Below are positions 1 through 12,748 of a stretch of 64,000 bases of DNA, in pieces (the stretch's first letter is position 1; each line of letters begins with the position of its first letter). Below the pieces are notes generated by a model. It was given only the letters and a program-made list of their open reading frames with translations. It had not been told where the DNA came from and did no database searches. The translations under genes were made by a program, and so were the position numbers. Source of the DNA: Neoechinorhynchus agilis (taxonomy: Eukaryota > Animalia > Acanthocephala); assembly GCA_051530055.1 (NCBI GenBank), contig CM121342.1:14895480-14959479 (forward strand). Direction: 5' to 3'.

Positions 1-594
1 TTTTCTCTCGATAATATCCATAAAATGGATTTCTCTCGCTATCTCCTTACTTAGAGTCTTCCCGATGCATCCAATTCATGGAGTATCACCAGCGACGACA
101 AATAAAGATCTACTTTATCCGTCGGCGAACAAGTCCCGTTAACTACCGAAACTAAAATATAGTGCAAAACAGTAGATGATTTTCATTTATGTTTCATGGA
201 TTGAACTAACTACATTAGAAAAAAGCACTCGAAGCAATGCCCGTTTATCCAGTACAATTTACCCTCCATCGATTCAATTTCGATTCATTTTCGCCCTTTT
301 TAATGAAACATTTTTCGTGAAATATCGATTAAATCTTATCGTCACAAAGTCTTTTTTATTTTTTAAAATTGAGTTTTTTAATAACACCTAATACAATCTT
401 ATCTTTTATTCGATTGGAGAGTTAAAAAAAGCTCTTCCTTTTGAATTCTACTAAATTCTTTTTGGAGATGTTTTTGAAATACCTCGATTTTTGAAACCAT
501 TATCATTTGGGTTTATTTGAAACTCTTTTTTGGATTTTTTATGAAGATTGGCCAGCCGGTAATTTATATCAATGTGTGGCCTTTTTATAACGCG

Positions 595-828
595 GCTGTT
601 AATTTTTTTAGGCACACAACCCCACCGACATTACTCAATGCACTGAACCATCCGGTACGTGTTTGTACTTTCCTCCGGATCCTCAGAATCGGTGAGTTTC
701 CTCCCTTCAGCGGTATTTCGTCCCCTTTGGTTGCGCGTCGTTGGCGGTAACGGATTCGAACCACTTGACCCTTAGTCGGGATCACGGGTATTAGTCCACT
801 TGACCACCTCGACACAGCAACGGAATGT
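595..828 (-). mobile_element. tRNA-derived SINE, copy 1
   Basis: Minus strand has a Pol III A-box (TGGTCAAGTGG, 796-806) and B-box (GGTTCGAATCC, 752-762) followed by a non-tRNA body. It aligns by eye over >200 bp with 62093-62365 and partly with 60860-60905. No proper acceptor stem. Confidence 0.8.
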
Positions 829-904
829 ACAAACTTAGCCAATTTTATATTTATTAATTCAAGGCCATTGAATTAGGATTATTGCCATGTGATAAAATCG
901 ACTA

Positions 905-1082
905 AACAATTATTTTAGAATTTTTGTTTCTTTGAAACTCCTTTGGGTTTTCACACTTATTTTTAAAAGTGCTGGATGTCAAAATAGATTGAACAATTAT
1001 TTTAGAATTTTTGTTTCTTTGAAACTCCTTTGGGTTTTCACACTTATTTTTAAAAGTGCTGGATGTCAAAATAGATTGAACA
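905..1082. repeat. Perfect tandem duplication, 87-bp unit x2, inside a degenerate ~90-bp minisatellite (to ~1255)
   Basis: Unit aacaattattttagaatt...aaaatagattg at 905-991 and 992-1078. Degenerate copies of gccatgt..aaatcgactaaacaat at ~885, ~1138 and ~1228. Confidence 0.9.
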
Positions 1083-1284
1083 CTTATTTTATGTTTCTTT
1101 AAAAAATTTTTTACTGTTCATGTTAATTTTGAAATTTGCCATGTAAAATAAATCGACTAAACAATTATTTTAGAATGTTGTTTCTTTAAAACTCTTTCTG
1201 GAATGTTCGTGTTAATTTTGAAATTTTTCCATGTGATAAAATCGATTAAACAATCATTGTTCATTTTTCAGACATACAGACACT

Positions 1285-3178
1285 ATGGATGCATCCGATA
1301 CACTAATTGCCAATCAACCTATTGTGATCGATAATGTACGTAGAAGATACTTAGCGGCTTGCATTCACTGTTGCGTATTTAGGGTTCAGGTGTCTTAAAG
1401 GCCGGTTTTGCTGGGGACCAAGTTCCAAAACTCGTATTTCCAAATATGTAGGAATTTTTCTTTTTAACCGATTTCAAATTTGGAGGGAAATTTAGCATAG
1501 GCGACATAAAGCACCAGCGGGTGATGACGGGAGGTCTCGAAGGTCATACGTTCATCGGACCTAATGCTGAAGAAAACCGCGGTCTTCTGAGGTTAAGGTA
1601 TCCGATGGAGCACGGTATTGTAACTGATTGGGATGATATTGAGAAGGTTTGGTCCTACGTCTACTCCAAAAATCAGCTCAATGCAGCTTCCGAAGAGGTG
1701 ATAAATTGAAGTCTTATCCATTCGCTTCTGATATAATTCTATTAGCACCCTGTTCTGTTGACGGAGGCTCCGTTGAATCCTTGGGCCACGCGGGAGAAAA
1801 CGGCTGAGATATTTTTCGAAACCTTTAATGTTCCAGCTATGTTCATGTCAATGCAAGCTGTTTTGAGTTTGTAAGATTTATCTATGGAAAAGATTATCTT
1901 CTTAATCCGTACACATAGATACGCTAGCGGAAAAACCACCGGTCTCGTGTTGGACTGTGGAGACGGAGTCGCGCATGCTGTACCGATATGCCAAGGTTTG
2001 TATTTATATAAAATGGAAAAAATGTTTAAACTCATTATTAGGATTTGCGATAAATCACGCAATTCAACGGAATGATCTGGCGGGCAGAGACATTACTCGG
2101 TATCTGAGATTGCTTCTTCGGCAGGATGGGTACATCTTTAGGACAAGCGCCGAGTTTGAGATTGTGCGGTGCATTAAGGAGGTAGTGAAGACCACTTCAC
2201 CAAATTTATCCGAGCTTGCCATGGGCACCGGATTAGCTCTTCCGACTGGTTATTTAGGAGTATGATATCTGCTCCTATATTCGAGCTTTTTAACGTACCC
2301 ATCCAAATGTTTGCAGTCGGTACCTGTGAACAATACTTAACAGTCCAGAATATTCTTTTATATATGGAATAATATTTCCAATTATAAGCTTTACTAATAA
2401 TCAACAAAATTTTCACAGCTTAACAATCTAAACTTTTATTCGTTGTTTAGTACTAAATTCGCGTTTTGTCTTTATGACCTGATTTTTAATTTTTCAATGT
2501 CCAGGACGGGCACTGAAGCTAAAAAAGAATTTCATACTACCCCAGCATCTCGAGCATTTGAGATCTATATTAACAACGGCTAAAGAAGCCGTTTAGGATC
2601 CGAATTTCTTCGCAAATAATATATGACTACTTCCCTGATTGTGTAGCGTGTTTGCATGGTCAACAACGCACGGACGGTGACTGGTGATTTGGATCACGGA
2701 GGAATACCGGACAAAGTGTCGTATACATTACCAGACGGAAACTCAATCGAACTTGCCAGCAGTCGATTTATGGCTCCTGAAATTCTCTTTAGACCGGATA
2801 TTATAGGAGAAGAATGCGTTGGAGTTCATAATCTGGTTCATAATGCCATAAAGATCGCTGATATGGACTTGAGAAAGATTCTGTTTACAAACATCGTCCT
2901 GTCCGGCGGTAGTACTCTCTTCAGAGGATTTGGTGATCGTCTGTTGATGGAATTGAGAAAAAAGGTTTCAATTGACACCAAAATCAAGATATCGGCCCCA
3001 CGCGAACGGCTCTATTCTACTTGGATTGGGTACGTTTTCTTGCTTATACATTATCTGCTTTAATCAAAACTTCAGAGGGTCAATTCTGGCTTCATTGGAC
3101 ACCTTTAAAAAAATGTGGATCACTAAAAAGGAATGGGAAAATGATGGACCGAAAATCATAAGAAAAAGGACAATGTGA
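1285..3178 (+). CDS. ACTR1: Actin-related protein 1 (centractin, dynactin subunit), multi-exon
   Basis: Spliced through GT-AG introns: [33 protein letters not shown]...[11 protein letters not shown]...[12 protein letters not shown]...[21 protein letters not shown]...[29 protein letters not shown]1-specific signatures are [28 protein letters not shown] and LDTFKKMW. Confidence 0.92.
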
Positions 3179-3799
3179 AGTAAAGAAGCGTAGCCACCTT
3201 GATTGCGAGCGCGCACGCACCTGAAGTTTCCATAAAACATAAATTTAATTTAATTGCTGTTAGGAAAATAAGGCACACACAAGTTTACTTTACAACGTTC
3301 CACCTGATTTTCGAAATGTCTACTGCGGAGTCCGCATTGAGTGGTCCTAGCGTTTCATTGTCACTCTAAAATTAACGGAGTTGATGATCTTAAAAGTAGC
3401 AAATTTGCCCAGTTTAGAATAAATTTCGTGTTTACCGAAGAAAAATTGACTTATATATATGCCGTATATTCAATTTTCTTTGTAAATATTTTTTACAATC
3501 AGTGCTATTCGATTTACTTCAGAGTTCAGGCTAATATGGGTGGTTCATTCAGGCTTAAAAACAACTGAATTTTATACAATTGGAATGTCCATTTAGCTAT
3601 TCGGAGTTGAATACCTCCAAAAGATTTGCTCGACCTTAAAGGAGGATTCAATCAGAAGCTTTCGTTTCACATAATCCTCTTGTTCAAAAGTAGTGATATA
3701 ATTAAAGCTTTCATCTAGAATCATATGAATTTCAAAAGCGAAGACGGATCGGCCTCTTTCCTAGTAAAAACACCGAAAATCAAATTCTCTTGGTCTCAC

Positions 3800-6700
3800 C
3801 TGCAATGATCGCGTTTCCGTAGTTCGTCTTGGATACTTTGTAGATGCAATATAGGATGCTTTAACGACAAGGATTACAGAATTCATCAAATTTTTGGCTG
3901 ACATTATAAGTGAAGTTGCACTGTCGAGCTAGAATGAAGTATATGAAAAATGAATGTCTTCGAGAAACAAATATACCCCAGACACGACAAGCTCGCCACT
4001 GATGTTCTGAACATCCGCTTTGACTCTACTCGTTATGCTTAGCTGATGAGTAAAGAGAGAAATGCGGTCGAGATAAGCCAAAAGATCTTGTTTAGATTGA
4101 GATTCAACACATTCCAAGGCAACATTTCGAGCCAATCGATCAAGTCGATTTCCGAATTGAGAAATTTGTTTAGCCGCATTTATAACATCCATAGTTGTTC
4201 TAAGAGGGCCTTTGCCACGAGTGAAATCACTCATGTCCATCATAATAAGGCACATTTTTTTAGCAAGCAGAACAATGTCGTTTCCACGTTCATCCCATTT
4301 AAGAACTTCTTTGTCGAAAACCCGTTTCTGGCGATGCAATATCTCACAATGGCGTTCTATTTGTTCAATTTCAGATTGCGGCAACTTCCTCATTACGTCT
4401 CGGCTAATATTAACATGTTCTCCAGCTCTTAAATTAAGACCGACACCCGACGACTCGTTCTTTGTTAAATTCGAAGACCACTTGCAAAGCTGTTGTACCG
4501 CTGAGTGCATGTGATCGCACGACTGACTGAATTCTATGGGTTCAAATGGAATCTTAGTCGATTGAGTTACAAAGTCAGGTAAAACATTGTTGACCAAAGA
4601 TTGAAGAACGCTGGGATATTCGTGCTCGTCGTTTAACTCATTCTGAATGCATTCAATCAAATGCTGGCACATTTTATCGATATCTAATGCGGACGCCTTG
4701 ATCTGAATAGGATCGGATTCCATTCGTAATTTGTCGAGCTGTTGATTGATTTTCCGCTCGACAACTCTTAGGATATTTTCGAGAGGCATCCCATCATCAA
4801 TGCAATCCTGAATCACTTGCAACAATCTATCACAAAGTTCAATACAATCGAGCATTATATTGTACGATTTTTGGCACTTTTTCCTTACTGATACCAAATC
4901 AATAGCAGGTTTTAGAGCATGCTCGTAAAAAACACTCAAATCTTCAGCCGCAAGTTGAGCATATCTCTGGTGCTGTGATTGGCGTGAATCAAAGACTCTA
5001 GCAGCAGAATCTGCAAGATCAATAAATCCATAGAAAAGTGCCTTTAATTCTTTAGTACTCCCGGTCATCTTTGCATCGTTAATAAGTGTTGTTCGATTGA
5101 GCCAAAGGTCACTGTTCCGTGAGCACAGCAATTGCCTTAAAAGTGATTTCACCCGATCGCACACTTTTTCTATTTGAACGCACTCATGCTTCCCATTGAG
5201 AAAGTCTTGAAGAGATTGTCGTGCATCGTTACAGACGGCTACTAAATCTCGCCTACTCATTTTATCAACCCATTGTTCATCGGCGAGCAATCCCACGCGT
5301 CTTATAATCCTTTCAAGGCTTCCTTCAAGGAATTGTCGACTATTAATACTATCCAATGATGCCTGAAAATGTTCAATAAGACTTAAAATAGGTAGTGAAT
5401 CATCGTCGATTTCTGAGCTGACTTCAGATTTCATGAGGGCAGTACTCATTGTGTTGAGACTGCTCACGAGTGCTCTAACGTAGTTTGAATGGAGTTTAGT
5501 GACCGCTTTATCGCCTTTACATGTAATCACGAGATCTCTCGCTCGATTTATCAGTTTTAACTGTTTCGTAACGCGATATCGAAGAAGTGCCAATCGGTCT
5601 TTGTCAATATCATTGATCAGCTCAGTCTGTCTTGCAGCAGCTCGATCACAGATTTCATAAACCTGTTCAACAAGGTTGTCAAAGACGTTATTATCTTTCA
5701 AGATTCCAACGCCACTTCCTCCAACTTTCATTACATATGATGAAGCCTCTTGTATGTCTCGAGAAAGGACGTCAATATCAAGAGTATCTACAACCGTCAG
5801 TAGTCGAGCTACTGCAAATAAAAGAGGACGAGCGGCTCCTGCCACTTGTTGTCGTTTAATCGAATCCTGGGGATCTGACACAAAGCTTTTGCTAACTAAT
5901 ACCAATTGAGATCCCGTTTCTCTTACAGCTTGAAGAGCCACATTGAAGGCTTTTCTTAGAGATATTGAATGAGCGTCATTGCCAATATTTAAACTGTATT
6001 CCCGTTCCACTTCTTGAAATATTGAAGAAGCGCGGTTGCACAGTTGATCGATCGCTTTTGTAAGATCACCAAGAAGTCGCTTCGCACTTCGAGAACGTCC
6101 CAGGTCAATATGACCGTTTAAGCATATCGAACGAGAAGACGAAGAACCTGGCGAATCAGTTCCTCTGTCCATTAAATCCGTCACCTAAAAATGTGGATAA
6201 GTATCGGTTCAAAGATCTTCGGTTTTTACTTAAATCTAACATGGAGGATGATTTTTAAAGGCAGTAGTGAGTGCGTCCGTCATCCAACGAAGCGGAGTAA
6301 TGTTCAATTGCTAGGCAAAAAATATGCTTCCAAGAGTTTGAAGTGAATTTATTTTCTGATTTACTTTTAAACCTGTCGAAGTTGTGTCGAAGACTTTACT
6401 GGTGAACGATGCTTCGATATTAAAATTTCAATCGACTACTGTTTAACAAAGGAGCATAATTACCGTCCATTTCTAAACGAAATTCAATACGAAGGTATCA
6501 TTCGGTAAATGATTTTGTTTATTAAAGACGTTCTGCAAACTTTGTGAGATATCATCAGTTTGCTCCGGTGTCTTTTAATAACTAAAAAAATGGGATGATG
6601 AACTTTTCACACGATTCGTAGAACGTCTATTATAAGAGAAATTAACTGGATTAAAGTTGATTTTCCTTCTCTCAAAAAATCGATAGAGAGAGCGATTAGA

Positions 6701-6853
6701 TTTGCGGATAATTGAGCAGAGAGTTCAATTAAATCAAACCTGTAAGATGAGTGGAGCAAGAATTTGTTGAACGGACCATGTTTTGATTTGAATATCAGTG
6801 GCTGAAAGGTGAAGATCGCTGATATCAACGATCGGCTGCGAGTTTTGCTCCAT
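3800..6853 (-). CDS. CTNNA: Alpha-catenin (vinculin family); last exon(s) not resolved
   Basis: Exon 1, 6853-6740 (..DIQIKTWSVQQILAPLILQ), splices to the 751-codon ORF 6184-3929 (..FDKEVLKWDERGNDIVLLAKKMCLIMMDMSDFTRGKGPLRTTMDVINAAKQIS..) and then exon 3928-3800 (LDSATSLIMSAKNLMNSVILVVKASYIASTKY). These are diagnostic alpha-catenin C-terminal motifs. Confidence 0.93.
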
Positions 6854-7406
6854 TCTCACTTTCAGTAGGATGTTTGCATTAAGACTCCCCTGTCTTGGCC
6901 CAGCGGTGACGGCTTTCCGAGTTGCGATGGCGACGTGTGGTGTAATTTATGCGTATATTGGTGTGCAGAGTTGTGGTGGCGCACGGATACCACCGACAAG
7001 TAGGTGCTTACTGCGGGGATGAGGAGAATATGATAGCCAGAAAATGCCATTTGATCCGATTTTGACTAGTTTCGAAATTGCGTAAGGCGATGGGATCACA
7101 GGACCGATAATGGACATAATGGATTCATTAAGAAGATCCCAATGCATGAGATAAAGATCAAAACCTTATTTTAAATCCTCTATAAACTTTTTTATTTTCT
7201 TTTATTTGAACTATTCTGATACTTGTTTATGGAACCGTAATTTAAAGGTTCGGACCTTTTTCTTATCAACCCCTCTCGGATAATTCCGACATTATTGGCC
7301 CCCTCCCAATGTTTGTCATTGTTTATAACTAAAAAAAGAAAGTTTCTTTTGCTGACACTGTCCAATATGCCGTCTTAGATCTCCTCATTAATAAAACTCA
7401 GAAATG

Positions 7407-7945
7407 TCATCGGCCGATCCACATTGCTTCAGACATTAATACTTCCACATCTTCATCAAAGTCGTCTGGAATGTCAATAGGTTTTGTGTGGTCTGAAAAC
7501 ACGAGCCTGCCTAGGCGGGCAGCATTAAATTACATACTCATTTAGATTTTTTGTCTTCGGGGCATTAAATTACAAATATTTTCCATTGACGACAAAAAAA
7601 CAAAATTCATGCGTCTTATCATTGTTAGCTTTCAATTCATTAAACACATTCCCTAATGAGTTTTTCTAATTTTTAACATTAGAAAAACATTTCATTCTGC
7701 TCAATAATCTATGGCTTGTAGATTTTTAAATGCAATTAACCAACTCTTTCAATGTGTGCGTCTTTAGAGTAAACTAACTAAATTAATTTCAGCGTTATTC
7801 AGCATCTTCAACATCTTCTGATACGTTTTAAACTTTAATTGCAAATTGTTCAATAACCATTTTATAGAAGAATTTGTAAGTAACGCAACATACATGAGAA
7901 ACTCACAGTATACCGGTTTTTGCCCACAGGATAGTAAAGAGCCAT
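7407..7945 (-). CDS. Putative small multi-exon gene, product unknown
   Basis: TAG-G-ATG start, then MALYYPVGKNRYT followed by a GTGAGT donor. A terminal exon after TTTTCAG reads ..HTKPIDIPDDFDEDVEVLMSEAMWIGR*. Middle exons are unresolved and no homolog was recognised. Confidence 0.3.
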
Positions 7946-8114
7946 CCTATCGGTTATAGATACTTTTGGGAATTAATGCAAAACAATTCAGCAAGCTTTA
8001 TTTGATCCTTACGTTTTAAATTGCCTCAAGGAGAAACTGTGAACTTTAGGCTTATAAAGGCTTTTCATAGTTTTATTTTTCGCGAATTCCGCAAAATCGT
8101 TTCCAGATTGTGTT

Positions 8115-10845
8115 CTATTTTTGCGGAGGATACATGACGTTCTGGATTACTATCCGGGTAACTGGATGCATTGATTCTTTTTCCCGTTCGAACTGTTCGA
8201 TTGCTAGTTCCCTTTTCTCTGGCCAGGCATAGAATTCTCTGAGTAAATGGGTTGATGACACGATAAGTCAAAATTAACACATACGAGTAGATGGGCTTCG
8301 AAAACTTCATTCGGTGCACTTTGGAAACAAAGTCAAGCGCTAACGGAATAACTGGTTCATATCTCGCTCTTAAGCACAAAATGAGCCACTTAAAGAAAAT
8401 CTCGCTGTTTTTGGTATCACGGAACTTTCCAATTTTGTCAAGCTTTTCTATCTCATCATTTGATATTTGCTGTTCGCCCTAAGCGACTCAATCATGGAGA
8501 TTATACCGACCTATACACTTATATTACTTGCGATTTGGTCAGATGATCTAAAAAGACTTCTTTTTCCAAATGGTTTAAATTGTCAATATCATCCTTAGTG
8601 ATTTTATCTAACTCATTAGTCATCTGTTGTATTCTTTTGCAAAGATTAACTGCTCGCTCATAATAATGATCTTCGAATACCGGCGGTAGACCTTCACCGT
8701 ACAACCACGTATCCCAATCGATTTCTGTCTTGGCTTCACCATTGAATTGTCGAAGCAAATGCTGATACTCTACTGAGTTTAGGTGATTGTATTTGTATGT
8801 TTGTATTAGGTGTAAAAAGAACTTTATCATTGTATCAAACCCAAGTACGGTCTCTAGATATCGAAGAAATGCTGCCCCTTTTTCGTAAGGAACTATAGAT
8901 CATGCTGTCTCAAAGCAAACGCCATTCTAGATCAAAGGGGTAAAATTACTCTTTAATCTGGACTAAGCCCATTGTCATAAAGATAAATCCACTACTACAG
9001 AGTAATAGTGAAGATGATCGATTAGATACGAACCATTTCCCGCCACAACAGGACTTTGGATTTAAATATTTCAGATTAGTTGTACGCTTAAAAGACTAAT
9101 TCAAAACAAAAGAGTAATTTTATGTCGCTCGTAACTAAAAACGCGACATAAATATCGGATTTCATGAGGATTTAAAGCAGAAATGATAGATAATTGATTC
9201 GTTACCGCCGCTATCCGGCCGAGTCTGCATGACATAGAGAATGCATTGTCTGTATCGATATTGCTCAAATCAGTTACCAATCTGGTCAACTCCGGAGTTC
9301 CATCTTTCTCCATAGTATGTACGCATTCAACGAGAGCTCGGAATCCATTGTATACAAACATTGAACCAAAGTTCCCATCATAGCTATTGTCCATAAGCAT
9401 TGAGACTAATTTCATCTCCAAGTATCTCGTATGCCCTTCATTGAGCCAGAAGTGCTCCCAATTGCTGTTAGTTACCGTGTTCCCCATCCAGCTATGCACA
9501 ATCTCATGCACAATTACACTTACTAGAGATTTGTCACCGGTCTAGCATAAAATTCAGGATAAAAAAAGATTAACTCTATCTCTTACAATGATTGATGGAG
9601 TTGCAAATGTTAAGCACGGGTTCTCCATTCCACCGTAAGGGAAGGTGTAAGGCATTACAAGGATGTCATATACTTCCCATTCATAAGGACCTAAAAGATC
9701 CTCTGCGAGTCTTATCATCTTCTCGACCTAAAAGTTTTTTTGCTTGAACGTCGAAATGTGAACGAGAACAAATTAACTTCAATTCAAAGGGGAAAGGACT
9801 TTTTGACTGGACCCGACGAACATTATTATGAACACCGTTTTTTTTCGAAATTGAAGTGGCACTATATGTGTGAAAATTTTCTCCATCGCAACAAACCTCT
9901 TTAAAATCCTTCTCGGCCATGTCAAGTATTTCCCCAGGTTCTGACCACACTGTACTCCGAGGACCGATTTTCCGACCTTCTAAATTTCCAGCTGCGATCG
10001 CAACCAAATAAGAAGAAACGGGCTTTGATTGTCTAAATTCAAATACACCTTTTTCCATATCATGGGACACATTTTGGGCACTCATGAGGACTCTAATGCC
10101 TTTAGGAGCTTCAACCTACAAATGGAGAACATGTGAGCCATAGAACTCAGAGCGATGAAGTAACCTTTGCAGTATAAGTGAATTTGGCCATGGGACTGTC
10201 AACGCAGGGTAAAATGGATCGACAATGCGTTGCCTACACACGCTCATGAGTTAAATTGTACGATTAAAATTAACATAGAATATACCTGGCACTGACTATA
10301 TAGAAACGGATGAGTCTTTGTCTGAGTACTTTGCTTAGGTAGCCATTGGAGAGCATGGGCGCCTGGCGCTGTTTTGTATTCAATTCGAATTTTTTCACTG
10401 CAGAATCAATTTCATGTAAGCTCAAAGAAAACGTTTTTGTCCTACCTGCCATTATGCTCGATTTTCAGAAGTGAACCCATCTCGCTGTCTTTATTGGGCG
10501 AAATTTGAAATTGGAGGTCATTTTCTGATCTTTCACCAAGTCCTCTTATTGCGCGAATCGAAAGATCTCGAATATCCATTTCCTATATCGGACATTCGCA
10601 GTGACAGTTGACATTCATAAGCTTACTAAGGATCGATCTGCTGCAACATTATCGCCCAGTTTTCTTATAGTATATTCTGCTAAACCATAAATTTCACTTT
10701 TCTCAAAATCTATCTTCCAGTTCAAGTCCACGTGCTCTATCTTTGCAGTCGCACGTTCAATGTCAACATTAGATTTGCAGTCTTTTTTAAAGAACTGTAA
10801 TGCGGCATCATTTTTTGCAGTATCCACGACTTCTTGTCCTGTCAT
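8115..10845 (-). CDS. LTA4H: Leukotriene A4 hydrolase / M1 zinc aminopeptidase, multi-exon
   Basis: [12 protein letters not shown] (GXMEN motif, ~9600-9640), [25 protein letters not shown] (HExxH-x18-E zinc motif), and C-terminal [10 protein letters not shown]...SMHPVT matching the LTA4H tail. Confidence 0.93.
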
Positions 10846-10984
10846 TATCTACAGTTATTGCCTCGAAAATGTGGGCGCCGTTTCGCGAAAAACATATTTT
10901 TCCGTAAGATCAAATTAATTGAATACCTCATGGTTTAATATGGATAGAAAGGATTATTTAAAGGGATAATACGGGATTTAATCA

Positions 10985-12075
10985 AGAGCGAGTCCGGTCC
11001 TCTACGTGGTGCCCTTGGAAACTCCACCCAGCAATGCAGCTGAGTGGCGTGTTGAGTGTGGTCCCCTTCCGGCGATACTCCTTGTGAGAAGTCGGCCAAG
11101 GGGTGTATTTTAACATCTTCGCCATCGACAACACAAAATGAAGTCATATATCATTGCCCTCGTTGCGAAATATTTCTCAAATAAGTAAATGAGTAACGAC
11201 AACACCGGGGACAGGATTCGCCAACGTACAAGCAAAATGAAGTCCTCCAATAATTCACATTCTAAGCGGCCAGCGAGGCCCGACCCGTGAGTTAGGTTTC
11301 CTGGGACAAGGACGACCCCTGGAAGATAGTAAACCAGTCCAATGGCGAGTTAACGGAGTCAACGAGTTGACACGAATTGGATCGCTCAACGTCTTTACGT
11401 TGATGGGCTATAGTCGAATGGATTAAGTTGCTCTGTCGCGAACCGAAAAGCACCGAGTAAAAATGTGGCCAGAATATTATACGTGTCGTGGTGCCCAGAA
11501 TGCTCTATCCCCTTACTGTTCATCTTAGTGATGGATACTATAACCTGGGATATCCAGCGTCCGGCACCGCTCATGATACTGTATGCCGATGACTTATCCT
11601 ATCGACCAAAGACAAAAGGAACCTTGTGCGAGACAAAACAAACCTTGTACGATTCTTCCAATTATGGAGTGATTGACTCTCATGATTCGTTTTGAGAATG
11701 AACCTCAAGAAAACCCAGCTCCTCGGATCAATACTCGTAGAGGACGAAGATTTAAGGTGGGAAATCACAAATCGCACCAATTTGACTTGGACGAAATAAC
11801 GTTCCTTGTGATAGGCGTATAAAAAGCCACATGAGATTATGGTGTAGCTTCGATTAAGGATAAACTTCGAGAAACCCGCTTAGGTACCATAGCCACGCCG
11901 GTAAAGATTGGGTTGAAAGTCGAGGCAGAAAAACGGCGTTCGAAAGGCCGGCCGAAAGAGGACCCCCGGGCCTCGAGGTTGCACGCAGACCAACTTTCGA
12001 CCCTGAGAAATGGAGGAAGATATCGGATAAAGACCGACCCCGCTTCTGGGATAAAGGCTGAAAAGACGAGCGTGG
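10985..12075 (+). mobile_element. Heavily internally deleted RTE-clade LINE remnant
   Basis: 5' piece gagcgagtccggtcctctacgtggtgcc matches the RTE 5' end at 37692. Also an APE N-terminal scrap (RIGSLNV), an RT scrap (SALSPLLFILVMDTIT..ILYADDL) and an RTE 3' end (KGRPK..gggataaaggctgaaaag). Confidence 0.75.
11165..11235 (+). mobile_element. Penelope-like element terminal fragment (3' half of hammerhead motif)
   Basis: ttgcgaaatatttctcaaataa..atgagtaacgacaacaccggggacaggattcgccaacg closely matches the PLE terminus at 61897-61958. Confidence 0.7.
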
Positions 12076-12572
12076 ACATTTAATTATTTTGAGCTATAAC
12101 CAATAAAATGGATTCAGGAATTCGTATATTTTATCCTGTATTTAAAAACGTCATTTTAAGTGCGTTAGTCATTTAATTGTTAAAATAAAGTTAATATCAC
12201 TAAAGTAAGCTCCATTTTTCACTTAGCATAATCCCTGAAAAAATCCTGTTTTTTTGCAGGTCTTGAGAGCGAAGAGCTAAGGCGCATTTGAGCGCGTGCA
12301 GTATTGGGCCTACAGAAGCACGAAAGGAAAGCTGTAGATGTTCGAAATCGCGTCGTTGGAAAATCCCATAAATTGAAAGGAAATTAAAGAATCCAAAACC
12401 GGCTCTTTTTCTTTGTTGGGCGAAGTAAAATATCTGTTTATTCTTTGAACGAGCTAAATACATTTAGGTACAACAATCTTTTCCCTGGATAATAAAAATT
12501 GGTTATCCAGTGATGGGACATTTTTCTAATATTCTTTGCCCAAATTTTTAAGATCTTCGTTACTAAACATTA

Positions 12573-12748
12573 TGCAGTCAAATGCGATTAATTGGACCAG
12601 CCGCTTATTAGTACCAAATTCTAAAGAACCGAGACAAATGTATTTACATGAACGGAATATGCTCTGAAATCCGGTTAATCGGACCAGCTAGTTATAAGGA
12701 CCAAAACGATATTGCACTGATGTGGTCCGATTAGCCGGAATCCACTTT
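12573..12748. mobile_element. Degenerate pogo/Tc1-mariner-type MITE
   Basis: Imperfect terminal inverted repeats cagtcaaatgcgattaattggacc and ggtccgattagccggaatccact, with internal subrepeats of ccggttaatcggacca. Confidence 0.5.

Noticed and set aside
750-828. Functional tRNA gene (also 62105-62180)
   Set aside because: A and B boxes are present but the acceptor and anticodon stems do not pair, and homology between copies continues ~150 bp beyond the tRNA-like part. Treated as a SINE.
905-1082. CRISPR-like array (also the 109-bp repeat at 37761)
   Set aside because: Units are directly adjacent with no unique spacers, the context is eukaryotic and there are no cas genes.
2174-2416. Antisense ORF nested in the long ARP1 intron
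   Set aside because: 80 aa, non-ATG start in the track, no recognisable motif and no supporting exon chain.
12200-12463. 87-aa minus-strand ORF
   Set aside because: No recognisable domain or convincing splice context.
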